Source: a virus (taxonomy: Duplodnaviria; Caudoviricetes). From it: DNA of 60,465 nt. Where the stretch lies: positions 1 to 60,465 of IMG/VR virus record IMGVR_UViG_3300021964_009736, one strand, 5' to 3'. Below the pieces are notes generated by a model that was not told the origin of the DNA, did not search any database, and was given only the letters and a program-made list of their open reading frames with translations. Positions within the stretch are counted from its first letter, which is position 1. The number at the start of each line of letters is the position of its first letter. A program made the translations under genes and the position numbers. Shown here piece by piece: positions 19,910 to 29,869 of the stretch.

Positions 19910-20998
19910 ATGGTAGCAACAGGTGATTTAATCCGCAGTCAAAATTATTTGGCTTTAAAGAACACAGTAACTGAATATATGAGCGCCACTCCAGATAACG
20001 ATGGTACAAAAGGTTACGGCCAAGCAACAGCAAGTTCATCAGACAACTATGTTGTTAACCAGGACTTTATTACTGCTAATGATATTAATCGCTTGTATGC
20101 GGATATTGCAAGGATGCGCATACATCAAACTGGTGTTAATTCAGTAAGCCAGCCTGTAGCCGGACTTTATCCTGTTTCTCTAGGAGAGCTTGTTGCGGCT
20201 GACACAGGTGACAATATAAATGGTATATCTACTTATGATGCAGACAAAGGTTATAATGACATGTTGTCAGCTCTCAATACTGTTGTATCTGCAGGACAAT
20301 ATCATAAGTTAGATGACTCCCAAGCAGATATTTCAACTAAAGAAAAGACTTACCAGGTTTCTACTTGGAATGGTGCAAAGAGTTGCAGGTTTGATGTTAA
20401 TTTTGGAACATATGCAAATCGCAGGTATTTCTTTAACGCAGGCGGAGAATTGCGTTTGTTTTTTGAAATGGATTATACCGGAACCCAAAACAAAACAGTA
20501 CAGTGGAAAGATTTATTAGTAAATGCCATAGGCACACTTACATTTAGAGTCAATGATTGTTCTATTGACGGTAACGGTCTTGCGTCTAGCGGTTATACAA
20601 CTAGTTTCCAGGCTTTAGGACATACTGATTTTCCTGTAGGCGGTACTAGCTATTCTCAGATACTTAGATTTGATGTTACAGGTACAAGAAGCACTACAAA
20701 TTACACTGACAATTTTGTTAGAATCCAAGTTTCTAATGGAAACTCCACAGGATCACAACTACGGTTTTTAATTAATTTAGAAGATAAAGCTTCTGAAGGT
20801 TATGCAGGAGATGCCAGTCCTACTTCACCCTATGATGAAAATGTATTAAATGACACAAGGGCTTGTATGGGATGGAAAAGACCAGACGGTGACGACTTTA
20901 CTATATTAGAATATGACGCTCAAGGTGGAACATCACCGATTACATATCCAGGTATCAGTGTTACTGGTATATCGTTTGGAAATGGCTCTGCATTCTAA
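19910..20998 (+). CDS. Putative virion structural protein (362 aa)
   Basis: AAGGA RBS; G/S/T/N-rich; GYGQ and RYFFNAGGELR motifs; last gene of the tail cluster. Confidence 0.6.
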   Translation: MVATGDLIRSQNYLALKNTVTEYMSATPDNDGTKGYGQATASSSDNYVVNQDFITANDINRLYADIARMRIHQTGVNSVSQPVAGLYPVSLGELVAADTGDNINGISTYDADKGYNDMLSALNTVVSAGQYHKLDDSQADISTKEKTYQVSTWNGAKSCRFDVNFGTYANRRYFFNAGGELRLFFEMDYTGTQNKTVQWKDLLVNAIGTLTFRVNDCSIDGNGLASSGYTTSFQALGHTDFPVGGTSYSQILRFDVTGTRSTTNYTDNFVRIQVSNGNSTGSQLRFLINLEDKASEGYAGDASPTSPYDENVLNDTRACMGWKRPDGDDFTILEYDAQGGTSPITYPGISVTGISFGNGSAF

Positions 20999-21006
20999 TA
21001 AATCAC

Positions 21007-21035
21007 TTGACTCCATATCAAAATGAAAGTATAAT
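21007..21035 (+). promoter_or_regulatory. Sigma70-type promoter TTGACT-N17-TATAAT
   Basis: TTGACT 21007-21012, 17-nt spacer, TATAAT 21030-21035, in the intergenic gap before 21062. Confidence 0.8.
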
Positions 21036-21061
21036 AACTACTATATTAGGTAGGTATTATC

Positions 21062-21421
21062 ATGGATCATCGACTAGAAAAAGCTCTTGAATTAGCATCA
21101 TCATTAAGCATGTTTAATGATCAAAAATGTATATTGCTGAATAAATTCCAAGATCAATGTATATATTACTTTAACGGCGGTAAATTTACTGTAACACAAA
21201 GTCTAGTAAATTTTTGCTTCACGCTAACAAGTAATAACCAAACTTCTGCAGTAATAATAGATGACAACAACATTCCTATTAAGATAGAAATTCTTGAAGA
21301 TTTTTACCAAAATTTATTAAACGTTTATTCTACTGCGACTAATGAATACTATAATGATTATGAACTATTGATCAAAAAAAGATCTAAAGAACGACTTATG
21401 GATCTTGATAACAATGAGTAA
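21062..21421 (+). CDS. Hypothetical protein (119 aa)
   Basis: ORF directly after the promoter with an AGGT RBS-like element; overlaps the next start. Confidence 0.65.
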   Translation: MDHRLEKALELASSLSMFNDQKCILLNKFQDQCIYYFNGGKFTVTQSLVNFCFTLTSNNQTSAVIIDDNNIPIKIEILEDFYQNLLNVYSTATNEYYNDYELLIKKRSKERLMDLDNNE

Positions 21422-22229
21422 AGGTGTTGTTGTTTTTGCCTTCAAAAACGAGAAAATAGATTATATATCTCAAGCTGAATTTTTGGCAGAAAGAGTAACA
21501 AAATTTCTTGGTTTACCTACTACAATAGTAACAGATGAAAATATCAAAAGTAGTGTTTTTGATAATGTTATATTATTAGAAAAACCGAGCAAGCAAACCA
21601 AAAAATTTACAAATTTTGACAAAAGCGAAGATCTTACTTGGTATAACTGCGCACGACACAAAAGCTATGACATAACACCTTATGACAAAACACTAGTATT
21701 AGATTCTGATTATGTAATTTCAAACAATTTGCTTATAAATTGTTTCGAAACTGATGATATAATGATGTATTCTAACAATACTTTATTTTTAAATAATCCT
21801 AAACCTATGCATAATTATTTTTCAAATACTGGTCCAAAAATGTATTGGGCAACATGTTTGTATTTCACAAAAAATAAACAAGCGGAAATATTTTTTAATT
21901 TAGCTAAACATATTTTAGAAAACTATAAATTTTATTCTTTAATATATGACTTTAGTCATTCACCAATACGTAACGATTTTATTTTTTCTATTGCTACGCA
22001 TATCTTTAATAACTTTACTAACGGATCGTTTGTTAAAGATTGTCCTGGCAAACATTATATATTAGATGCAAATGATCTGTTATTAGACATAAACGATGAT
22101 ACTATAACATACCTTGCCTTTGATAGTTATAATGACCTACATAAACCTATAATATCCAAAGGGCTCAGTGTTCATGTTATGAATAAGTATTCTTTTGATC
22201 AGTTCATAGCAGGAGAAAAAAATGGATAG
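21414..22229 (+). CDS. Putative glycosyltransferase, GT-A fold (GT8-like)
   Basis: Likely ATG at 21414 (MSKGVVVFAF); TPYDKTLVLDSDY with DxD; RNDFIFS motif; late HVMNK. Confidence 0.65.
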   Translation: MSKGVVVFAFKNEKIDYISQAEFLAERVTKFLGLPTTIVTDENIKSSVFDNVILLEKPSKQTKKFTNFDKSEDLTWYNCARHKSYDITPYDKTLVLDSDYVISNNLLINCFETDDIMMYSNNTLFLNNPKPMHNYFSNTGPKMYWATCLYFTKNKQAEIFFNLAKHILENYKFYSLIYDFSHSPIRNDFIFSIATHIFNNFTNGSFVKDCPGKHYILDANDLLLDINDDTITYLAFDSYNDLHKPIISKGLSVHVMNKYSFDQFIAGEKNG

Positions 22230-23052
22230 AGGGTTTGTAGTATTAGCACAAAACAATGGTCAAAATGATTACATACATGATGCATTTAATCTTGCTTTAA
22301 GTTTACATTGCACACAAAAAAATACCCCTCGAATATCTTTAATTACTAATAATCCAGTTCCTGCTGAATATAGAATTTTATTCGAACATATAATACCTAT
22401 ACCTTACAATGATAGTGCGAAGTATAGTAATTGGAAAATACAAAACCGTTGGAAAATATATCATGCAAGTCCTTATACAAGGACAATAGTATTAGATGCT
22501 GACATACTTGCAACAAAAGATTTAGAATATTTATGGAATGATTTTGAAAAATATAATATTTGTTTTTCAACAAATCCTTTAACGTACCGGAATGAAGTTA
22601 TCAAAAATAATTCTTATAGAACGTGGAATGATAAACTGCCAGACATTTATTCAACTGTGCATTTTTTCAAGAAATCAGACGAAGCAAAAGAATATTACAC
22701 TTGGTTAGAGTCTGTAATGAAAAATTGGGAAGTATTTTACAAAAAGATTCTTGGTAATGATATTCCTGACAAGTGTAGTGTTGACTTGTCGTCCGCTATA
22801 GTAAATAAATTAATAAGTATAGGCGATGAATATGTATATCATAAACCTTGTTTTGTACACATGAAGCACAAAGTCTTAGGCATAAACATAGTAAATCAAA
22901 TTAAATGGACACAACAAATTCCATTATATCTAACAGACAATTTAGAACTGTATGCAGCTAATTATAAACAAAACCATCTTTTTCACTACGCCGATAGTGA
23001 TATAATTAGCAAAAGAATTACAGATACATATAGAAAATATTTAGGAGTTTAA
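22222..23052 (+). CDS. Putative glycosyltransferase, GT-A fold (GT8-like), paralogue of the upstream gene
   Basis: AGGAG RBS; GFVVLA start, SPYTRTIVLDADIL (DxD), FVHMK and FHY motifs. Confidence 0.7.
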   Translation: MDRGFVVLAQNNGQNDYIHDAFNLALSLHCTQKNTPRISLITNNPVPAEYRILFEHIIPIPYNDSAKYSNWKIQNRWKIYHASPYTRTIVLDADILATKDLEYLWNDFEKYNICFSTNPLTYRNEVIKNNSYRTWNDKLPDIYSTVHFFKKSDEAKEYYTWLESVMKNWEVFYKKILGNDIPDKCSVDLSSAIVNKLISIGDEYVYHKPCFVHMKHKVLGINIVNQIKWTQQIPLYLTDNLELYAANYKQNHLFHYADSDIISKRITDTYRKYLGV

Positions 23053-23056
23053 CATT

Positions 23057-23584
23057 ATGTTTCTTTACTATAATAAATCCTCAGGAGAAGTATTAGGCGT
23101 ATCTAATAAACAGAAAGATACAGACCACGAAGTCTTACAAATTAACAATGCTTATCTAAAGAAATTTGACACAAAAAATTTACAAAAATATTATGTATAT
23201 TACAATGATAAATTAAATTCTTATGATATAGCCGAAAAGGTGACAAAAGTATCCTATCTGGATATTGCAAATAAGGTTCATATACTAGAAGAAAATCCTG
23301 ATGCAGATGTACTAGTAATAGTTGATACAAAACACAAAAAAATAAGTTGTAAACCAAATAATGGCTTCAAAGAAAAAATAGAAAAAAACATAGATGATTA
23401 TCCAATGAATTCTTTAACAATCTATATGGTGCAAAAGAATAATCCTAATGTAATTTTAGATACTTTTTCGTTTAATACTATAAATTTATTAAATGATAGT
23501 TGTGCAAATATAGATATTTCTACTATACATTGTGATTTTATGGTTACAAAGGTATTTGATAGTTACGGTATTGTATATGAATAA
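23057..23584 (+). CDS. Hypothetical protein (175 aa)
   Basis: AGGAG RBS; ORF in operon; no recognisable motif. Confidence 0.65.
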   Translation: MFLYYNKSSGEVLGVSNKQKDTDHEVLQINNAYLKKFDTKNLQKYYVYYNDKLNSYDIAEKVTKVSYLDIANKVHILEENPDADVLVIVDTKHKKISCKPNNGFKEKIEKNIDDYPMNSLTIYMVQKNNPNVILDTFSFNTINLLNDSCANIDISTIHCDFMVTKVFDSYGIVYE

Positions 23585-24464
23585 ATTAGCTATAGCTGAC
23601 ACTGATATAATTTATCTAAGTTTTGATGAACCTAATGCAGAAGAAAATTATTCTGACTTGCTGAGTAAATTTCCGTGGGCAAAACGTGTACACGGTGTAG
23701 AAGGATCAGATGCGGCACACAAAGCCTGTGCAGATATAGCAGAAACAAATAACTTTGTAACAGTAGACGGAGATAACAAAGTTAATCCAAGGTTTTTTGA
23801 TCAAATAGTAGACTTTGAAAAACATGACATAGACAAAAGTTATGTAGTAAGTTGGTGCGGAAAAATACATGTAAATGGTTTGATGTACGGAAACGGTGGA
23901 CTTAAATTATGGAATAAAGATTTTGTATATAATATGAAAACACACGAGGCGAGTGAAGGTGATGAAAAATATTCTGTAGAATTTTGTTTCGATCCTAAAT
24001 ATTTTCAACTAAATGAAAATTTTTCTGTTAGTTATACAAATTCTACACCTTGGCAAGCATGGCGTGCCGGATTTAGAGAAGGTGTAAAGATGTGTTTAGA
24101 TTCAGGAGTCAAAGTATCTAACATCAAAACACTATGGTGGCAAAACTACCACAGACTTTTAGTATGGTGTAATATTGGACATCATACTACAAATGGCATT
24201 TATAGTATATTAGGCGCTAGGGCAGGACTTTACAAAACAATGTGTGATAAATGGAACTATGAACTAGTAAGAGATTTTAGATATCTAAACAAGTTGTTTG
24301 ATGATGAATATGATTTAACAATATCAAAAGCATATGAAATGTCTGTAGATTTAGGAAGCAAAATATACAACGAACTTGACATACCAGTTAGTCCTGAGCC
24401 ATTATCAGAATTGCAAAGTAATTTTTTTAAAGAAGTATATATTAATACGAAAAGAGTTTTATAA
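23577..24464 (+). CDS. Putative glycosyltransferase, GT-A-like (phage family)
   Basis: Likely ATG at 23577 (MNKLAIADTD); DIIYLSFDEPNAEENY...RVHGVEG...AHK...VTVDGDN (DxD)...YGNGGLKLW...AWRAGFREGVK; clear paralogue of 29870..30556. Confidence 0.6.
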   Translation: MNKLAIADTDIIYLSFDEPNAEENYSDLLSKFPWAKRVHGVEGSDAAHKACADIAETNNFVTVDGDNKVNPRFFDQIVDFEKHDIDKSYVVSWCGKIHVNGLMYGNGGLKLWNKDFVYNMKTHEASEGDEKYSVEFCFDPKYFQLNENFSVSYTNSTPWQAWRAGFREGVKMCLDSGVKVSNIKTLWWQNYHRLLVWCNIGHHTTNGIYSILGARAGLYKTMCDKWNYELVRDFRYLNKLFDDEYDLTISKAYEMSVDLGSKIYNELDIPVSPEPLSELQSNFFKEVYINTKRVL

Positions 24465-25823
24465 ATGAATGAAGATCAAGAGTTTAATAACTTAGTTGAA
24501 AAAAAATTAAACAGTGTAAGCTGTAGCTTTTGCTTGGCAAAATGGAAACAGGTTACACTTCATTTAGGAACAGGTCACACACATAGTTGTCATCATCCTC
24601 GCACACATAAGATCCCATTGGAGGAAATTAAAGAAAATCCTAGTGCATTGCACAATACTAATTACAAAAAAATACAAAGAAAAATGATGCTTGAAGGAAC
24701 ACGGCCGCCTGAATGTAATTATTGTTGGAATGTAGAAGATGCAATTAAGGCAGAAGGTAATGATGTTATCAAAAGTGATAGGATTTACAAAAGTGGTGAC
24801 AGTTGGGCTAGAAAGTATTTTTATGAAGTTGCAGAAAGCGACTGGAAAGACAACGTAAATCCTAGTTATCTTGAAGTAAGTTTTAGTAATGTGTGTAATT
24901 TTAAGTGCGGTTACTGCAATCCTGAAAATAGTAGCAAGTGGATGGAAGAAATAAAGCAGTTTGGTGCTTATCCTACTAGAGATAACTTTAATGATCTGGA
25001 ATGGACAAAAAGCCAAGACAAGATGCCTATACCTGAAAATCAAGACAATCCTTATGTTGAAGCATTTTGGAAATGGTGGCCTGATTTATATAAAGACTTA
25101 CACACATTTAGGATAACAGGTGGAGAACCTTTACTAAACAAAAACACCTTTAAAGTGTTAGATTGGTTAATTGAAAATCCGCAACCTAAATTAGATCTAG
25201 CAGTAAACAGCAATTTATGTGTACCTAAAGAATTACTAGATAAGTTTTTGGAAAAGGTTGAAATATTAATAAGTAGTGGGCATTGCCGGTCATTCAAATT
25301 ATATACAAGTAATGAAGCATATGGAAGTAAAGCAGAATACATAAGATTTGGACTTAATTACAAAGATTGGTTAGAAAACTGTGAAAGATTTTTACAAATC
25401 CCTGGTAGAACAAAACTAGTGTGTATGGCTGCATATAATTTTTTAAGCATATCCAGTTTCAAAAATTTACTTGAAGATATTAAGTATCTTAAAGACAAAT
25501 ATACTAGTGAAGAAACTAAAGAAAGAGTAGCAATAGATATTCCATACTTGAATAATCCAAAATTTCTAAGTATAAATTTAGTTACACCCGAATTTACACC
25601 TTATATTGAAGATTCTATACAATACGCAAAAAATAATAATTTTGCAAAATGGGAAGTAGATAAGTTAGAAAGAATTCTAATGTTGGCAAATAATGCTGTA
25701 GCAGATGATTTGTTAAATATCGATTTCAAAAAATATATTATCGAACACGACCGTAGAAGGAATACAAACTTTTTAGAAACTTTTCCTGAATACAAAGATT
25801 TTTATGAAAGTATATTAACGTAA
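24465..25823 (+). CDS. Radical SAM enzyme with N-terminal twitch/SPASM-like Cys motif (452 aa)
   Basis: CNFKCGYC (CxxxCxxC), TGGEPLL; N-terminal CLAKW...SCHH...CNYCW; C-terminal DRRRNTNFLETFPE. Confidence 0.9.
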   Translation: MNEDQEFNNLVEKKLNSVSCSFCLAKWKQVTLHLGTGHTHSCHHPRTHKIPLEEIKENPSALHNTNYKKIQRKMMLEGTRPPECNYCWNVEDAIKAEGNDVIKSDRIYKSGDSWARKYFYEVAESDWKDNVNPSYLEVSFSNVCNFKCGYCNPENSSKWMEEIKQFGAYPTRDNFNDLEWTKSQDKMPIPENQDNPYVEAFWKWWPDLYKDLHTFRITGGEPLLNKNTFKVLDWLIENPQPKLDLAVNSNLCVPKELLDKFLEKVEILISSGHCRSFKLYTSNEAYGSKAEYIRFGLNYKDWLENCERFLQIPGRTKLVCMAAYNFLSISSFKNLLEDIKYLKDKYTSEETKERVAIDIPYLNNPKFLSINLVTPEFTPYIEDSIQYAKNNNFAKWEVDKLERILMLANNAVADDLLNIDFKKYIIEHDRRRNTNFLETFPEYKDFYESILT

Positions 25824-27380
25824 ATTTTTCATTGCATAAGGCAATTCAACTAGAGCCTTAGTATTATGGATTAGCACTGCCTCCATTTGTACTAGCATCT
25901 TATCTAATTGACTTTTAGGCAATCTACAGATTCTACTTACTTCAGAACCAATCATTTCTAATCTTTTTTCGTGGTTTGTTTCTTCATCATAACTTTCATC
26001 TAGCCATTTAGAAAAAGTTTTAAATCCTAAATCTTTCATAAGTTGTAAACTTCCGGGAGGTCCTGCAATGATAAACGGTCTCATAGCCGCCGCTGCTTTT
26101 AAAGTTTTTTCACTTACATAAGGCATAGGAGAATAATACCTTGTCTCTGTAGCAACATTTAGAAAGCTGTTTTGTATTATGTAAATGCTTCTAAATTGAT
26201 CCATATCATCTATATCAATTTCTTCTTTTAATTTATCATCGTATAATCCTGCAGGTCTAAAGTCTACATAATACTCTTTTTCTAGTAATAATTTATTATT
26301 ATCTATCATCTTATCTTGCATATTCTTTGAAAATTTACTAAATTTCAAACTAGGATTAGCCATTAAGTTTTGTTCATTTATTCTATAAGGCATACTTAAT
26401 GCAAGATTAGGACAATCAGCAATCATAGTTGCCATAATATATCTGTGCCAATCAAATCTTCTATTTAAACAGACCGCATGATTTTCGAAAGAATTATCAT
26501 AGTGGCTAATTACTTTACACATGATGTTGTCTGTTTTCTTAGTGCCAACTGGTTCGAACATTCTTTTGTACGCTTCGTATGTTTCCCAATTTCCTACTAA
26601 TATGAATTTATTATTACTTGCAACAAGTAAAGGATGATGAATGTGTAAGTCTGTTGCTTTATTAGATGTATGACCTTCATTTTGTATTGCTGTATATAAA
26701 CTCTTTAAATTATTTGTAATTCTTTCTACTTCAGGCTCATGTGCTGTATATTCGGTTGGGATGATATCTGCAAAAGGAACAGCAGTATTCCGACCCACAC
26801 TAGCAGTTTTGACACTGCTTTCGTCTACTAATCTAATACCTAAATAGTTTTGTTCAGACAAGAACCAGTCATAATACTTGATGGGAAATCCATATCTTTC
26901 TTCAAGATGGGTGCAATTACGCTCTCCAGAAAAAACTTCAAAATTCTTTATACCTGCGTTGTTTACTAGATATTCGACTATTTCTAATTCCATAGCTCCA
27001 GTATTTTTAGGATCTGATTGTAACAAGTAAGTATCAAATGTTCTACCCGGATGAAAATGTTTGTTGTGTACTATTCTAAACACATCTTCTACAAAAAAAT
27101 AAACCTTTGCTTTATTTGTGAGTTTTGCAAGTCGTCTAAGTATTATATTACAGTCTTCAAAATATACCCATCCTGATATTAACACAACAAAATCATCCTT
27201 GCCAAAATTAAAGGACTTTTGTGCCATTTCAAAGTAAGCAGGCGTAGATAACTTCTTATGCCTGCCGTTATGAGACATTAATGCAGAACCTTTATTATAT
27301 AAAGTAATAGACGGATGTTTAATAGGTTGCAACAGTTCAGTATGACGATCCTTATTAAATGCTTTTAGTTCTCTTTTCAT
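25815..27380 (-). CDS. Putative glycosyltransferase (GT10/GT-B-like C-terminal domain) with an internal insert (521 aa)
   Basis: CLNRR...HR and FLNVATET...YVSEKTLK...PFIIAG...GFKTF...DESYD motifs resemble the donor-binding region of GT10-like transferases. Confidence 0.55.
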   Translation of the reverse strand: MKRELKAFNKDRHTELLQPIKHPSITLYNKGSALMSHNGRHKKLSTPAYFEMAQKSFNFGKDDFVVLISGWVYFEDCNIILRRLAKLTNKAKVYFFVEDVFRIVHNKHFHPGRTFDTYLLQSDPKNTGAMELEIVEYLVNNAGIKNFEVFSGERNCTHLEERYGFPIKYYDWFLSEQNYLGIRLVDESSVKTASVGRNTAVPFADIIPTEYTAHEPEVERITNNLKSLYTAIQNEGHTSNKATDLHIHHPLLVASNNKFILVGNWETYEAYKRMFEPVGTKKTDNIMCKVISHYDNSFENHAVCLNRRFDWHRYIMATMIADCPNLALSMPYRINEQNLMANPSLKFSKFSKNMQDKMIDNNKLLLEKEYYVDFRPAGLYDDKLKEEIDIDDMDQFRSIYIIQNSFLNVATETRYYSPMPYVSEKTLKAAAAMRPFIIAGPPGSLQLMKDLGFKTFSKWLDESYDEETNHEKRLEMIGSEVSRICRLPKSQLDKMLVQMEAVLIHNTKALVELPYAMKNLR

Positions 27381-28072
27381 TTTATTTCCATTTGTTCTTT
27401 TATGTAATTTGCAAACTCTCTATGGCCTGCAGCATTAGGATGTCCGCAAGGGAGAAAATATTTACTCGGTCTATGGTTTTCTCTTTCTACTACAGCCCTT
27501 TGCCAATCTTTGCCCATGTTCTTTTTAGCAAATCTACTAACCAATTTGTAATTTTTATCGCTCATCCAATCAAATTCAAAAATAGGCATCCTATGTTTAA
27601 AGCCTATACCATTGTCCTGTTTTACTAGATACTCAAAAAACGTAAATGGCAAATAATTTTCTCCTGTTAATATTTCGTCAAACACAGAAAAGAAAATTAT
27701 TTCTGTACATGTATTTAAGCATTTTTGCCTAATTAACTTTTCATATTCTTTTGTAGGTCCTATCATCAGGTCAAGAGTTTTTATTTCTTTAAAGATTATC
27801 TCTCTGCGATTTTGTAAATTAGGCGGCACATAGCAAAAATCTATTGTACGCGAGCCGTAACTTCTACGTGTTACACCCGACCATCCTACAATTACAAGAT
27901 CATATTTTTCTTTACGCATGTTACTAGAAAAAATTTTATATATTTTTTCATTACTGGCGCCTGAAGTTCCGTGATTATCAACATCATGCCCTAACAACAT
28001 AGGCCAGGGAAGTTCATCTTCTTTTAATCCATATCCTTCTGTCCAACTACAACCTACTGTTAATATTCTCAT
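27377..28072 (-). CDS. SGNH/GDSL hydrolase-family protein (esterase or acyltransferase)
   Basis: Likely ATG at 28072 (ATGA overlap with the upstream stop); GCSWTEG (block I Ser), NHGTSGASN (block II), GHPNAAGH (block V His). Confidence 0.75.
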   Translation of the reverse strand: MRILTVGCSWTEGYGLKEDELPWPMLLGHDVDNHGTSGASNEKIYKIFSSNMRKEKYDLVIVGWSGVTRRSYGSRTIDFCYVPPNLQNRREIIFKEIKTLDLMIGPTKEYEKLIRQKCLNTCTEIIFFSVFDEILTGENYLPFTFFEYLVKQDNGIGFKHRMPIFEFDWMSDKNYKLVSRFAKKNMGKDWQRAVVERENHRPSKYFLPCGHPNAAGHREFANYIKEQMEIK

Positions 28073-28569
28073 TTGTACTCGCAAAATGTAATTTGGGCAG
28101 TATATCTAGGTTCTAGTCCTAAATTTGCAGCCATATGTAAGCAATCATGATTCCAAAGCACATAAGTTCCCGCAGTCCAATCTAATATTTTTCCATCTAT
28201 TTCAAAAATATGTCCCGGTCTTCTATCTTCTAGGAATATTATAGCTCTTTTAATGACACTAGGATCATCTATATTATAAAGTTCTCTATATTTTTTGTAA
28301 GTATCAGAGTGATGAGGAAGTATGTTACATGTATTCATTTTATAGAAGCTCAAAGTTATATTTACTCCGTCAAATAATTTCATGAATTTACTGGTCCAAT
28401 CGGGCATTTCTCTACTCATATCGTAAAGTTTACCAGTAAATTCTTTTTGACTGTATCCTTGGAGTTTCCAAGTTTGTATTTGTAAACTATCATTAAATGG
28501 TAGTCGCTGATAGTCTAGTTCCTTATGTTGCATTTTCCAAAAAGGTTGAATCAAACCAGTAGAATACAT
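28069..28569 (-). CDS. Fe(II)/2OG-type oxygenase (cupin, Asp/Asn beta-hydroxylase-like)
   Basis: LPHHSD (HxD)...LHMAAN (distal His)...PRYTAQIT (Arg); AGGAG RBS. Confidence 0.75.
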   Translation of the reverse strand: MYSTGLIQPFWKMQHKELDYQRLPFNDSLQIQTWKLQGYSQKEFTGKLYDMSREMPDWTSKFMKLFDGVNITLSFYKMNTCNILPHHSDTYKKYRELYNIDDPSVIKRAIIFLEDRRPGHIFEIDGKILDWTAGTYVLWNHDCLHMAANLGLEPRYTAQITFCEYK

Positions 28570-28582
28570 TATAACTCCTAGG

Positions 28583-28606
28583 TAAATAAACTGCGTATAT
28601 TATTTA
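28583..28606. promoter_or_regulatory. Face-to-face pair of TAAATA late-promoter-like motifs serving divergent operons
   Basis: TAAATA on + at 28583-28588 and on - at 28601-28606 in the 49-nt gap between divergent genes, each upstream of an AGGAG RBS. Confidence 0.55.
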
Positions 28607-28618
28607 TCAGGAGTACAA

Positions 28619-29851
28619 ATGCACATAGGATTTATAGGAGTCGGAAAACTTGGATTACCCTGTGCTGAGGAAGTTGCAATCAGAGGTCATCAAGTTGGAT
28701 GCTATGATATAGATACAGCAATCAAAAGTGAATTAGTTACAATGCATGATTCTATTAAGGATGCAGTAGAAAACAAAGACATTGTATTTGTTGCAGTGCC
28801 TACACCTCACGATAAATCATATGATGGCAGAGCACCAACTAGTCATTTACCTCCTAAAGATTTTGATTACACTATTGTGAAAGAAGTAATTGCTGAAGCA
28901 AATAAATTTATGAATAATACACAACTGCTTTGTTTGATAAGCACTGTATTGCCAGGTACGGTCCGCAGAGATATTATACCATTAGTTACAAATACACGTT
29001 TTGTATATAATCCTTACTTAATTGCAATGGGTAGTGTTGCATGGGATATGGTTAATCCAGAGATGGTAATGATTGGCACTGATGATGGTAGTGAAACTGG
29101 CGATGCAAAGCAATTACGCGAATTTTATGAATCTATTATGGATAATTTTCCACGTTATGTTATAGGAACCTATGACGAGTGCGAGTGTATTAAGGTTTTT
29201 TACAATACATTCATTAGTACAAAGTTAAGTTTAGTAAATATGATGCAAGATGTAGCAATGAAGCAAGGCAATATTAATGTTGATGTTGTTACAGATGCTC
29301 TAGCAGAATCAACTATGCGCATTATGAGTACTCAATACATGCGAGCGGGCATGGGAGACGGCGGTGCATGCCATCCTAGAGATAATATTGCTCTACGTTA
29401 CATGGCAAAGGACTTAGACTTAGGGTATGATATATTTGATACTATAATGAATGCTAGAGAAATACAAGCAAAAAATCTTGCAAAATTTTTAGTTGAAAAA
29501 GCAAAGCAATATAATCTTCCTATATTAATCCATGGTGTTACTTATAAACCGGATGTCCCATACAAAGACGGCAGTTACAGTTTATTGGTTGCTCACTATT
29601 GCGAAGAAATGGGTTATTATCCTATTTTAGTTGATCCAATGACGCATCCTTTGCGAGGACCGTTTAAGGCTGTTGTTCTACTTGGTCATTCTAACCAGGT
29701 TACATATAACTACACTAAAGAAGAACAAAAACAAACTTTCTATTGTTATCTAGAAAAAGATAGTGTCATTGTAGATCCTTGGCGACTTTATAAGAATGAA
29801 GAACAAAAATATATCTATATACCCTATGGAAATACTAGACAAAAGGTTTAA
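28619..29851 (+). CDS. ugd: UDP-glucose/GDP-mannose 6-dehydrogenase family
   Basis: GFIGVGKLG Rossmann motif, FVAVPTP, STVLPGT, KVFYNTF, catalytic Cys in GDGGACHPRD, TYKPD. Confidence 0.9.
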   Translation: MHIGFIGVGKLGLPCAEEVAIRGHQVGCYDIDTAIKSELVTMHDSIKDAVENKDIVFVAVPTPHDKSYDGRAPTSHLPPKDFDYTIVKEVIAEANKFMNNTQLLCLISTVLPGTVRRDIIPLVTNTRFVYNPYLIAMGSVAWDMVNPEMVMIGTDDGSETGDAKQLREFYESIMDNFPRYVIGTYDECECIKVFYNTFISTKLSLVNMMQDVAMKQGNINVDVVTDALAESTMRIMSTQYMRAGMGDGGACHPRDNIALRYMAKDLDLGYDIFDTIMNAREIQAKNLAKFLVEKAKQYNLPILIHGVTYKPDVPYKDGSYSLLVAHYCEEMGYYPILVDPMTHPLRGPFKAVVLLGHSNQVTYNYTKEEQKQTFYCYLEKDSVIVDPWRLYKNEEQKYIYIPYGNTRQKV

Positions 29852-29869
29852 TTTTTGTTATAATGTACT

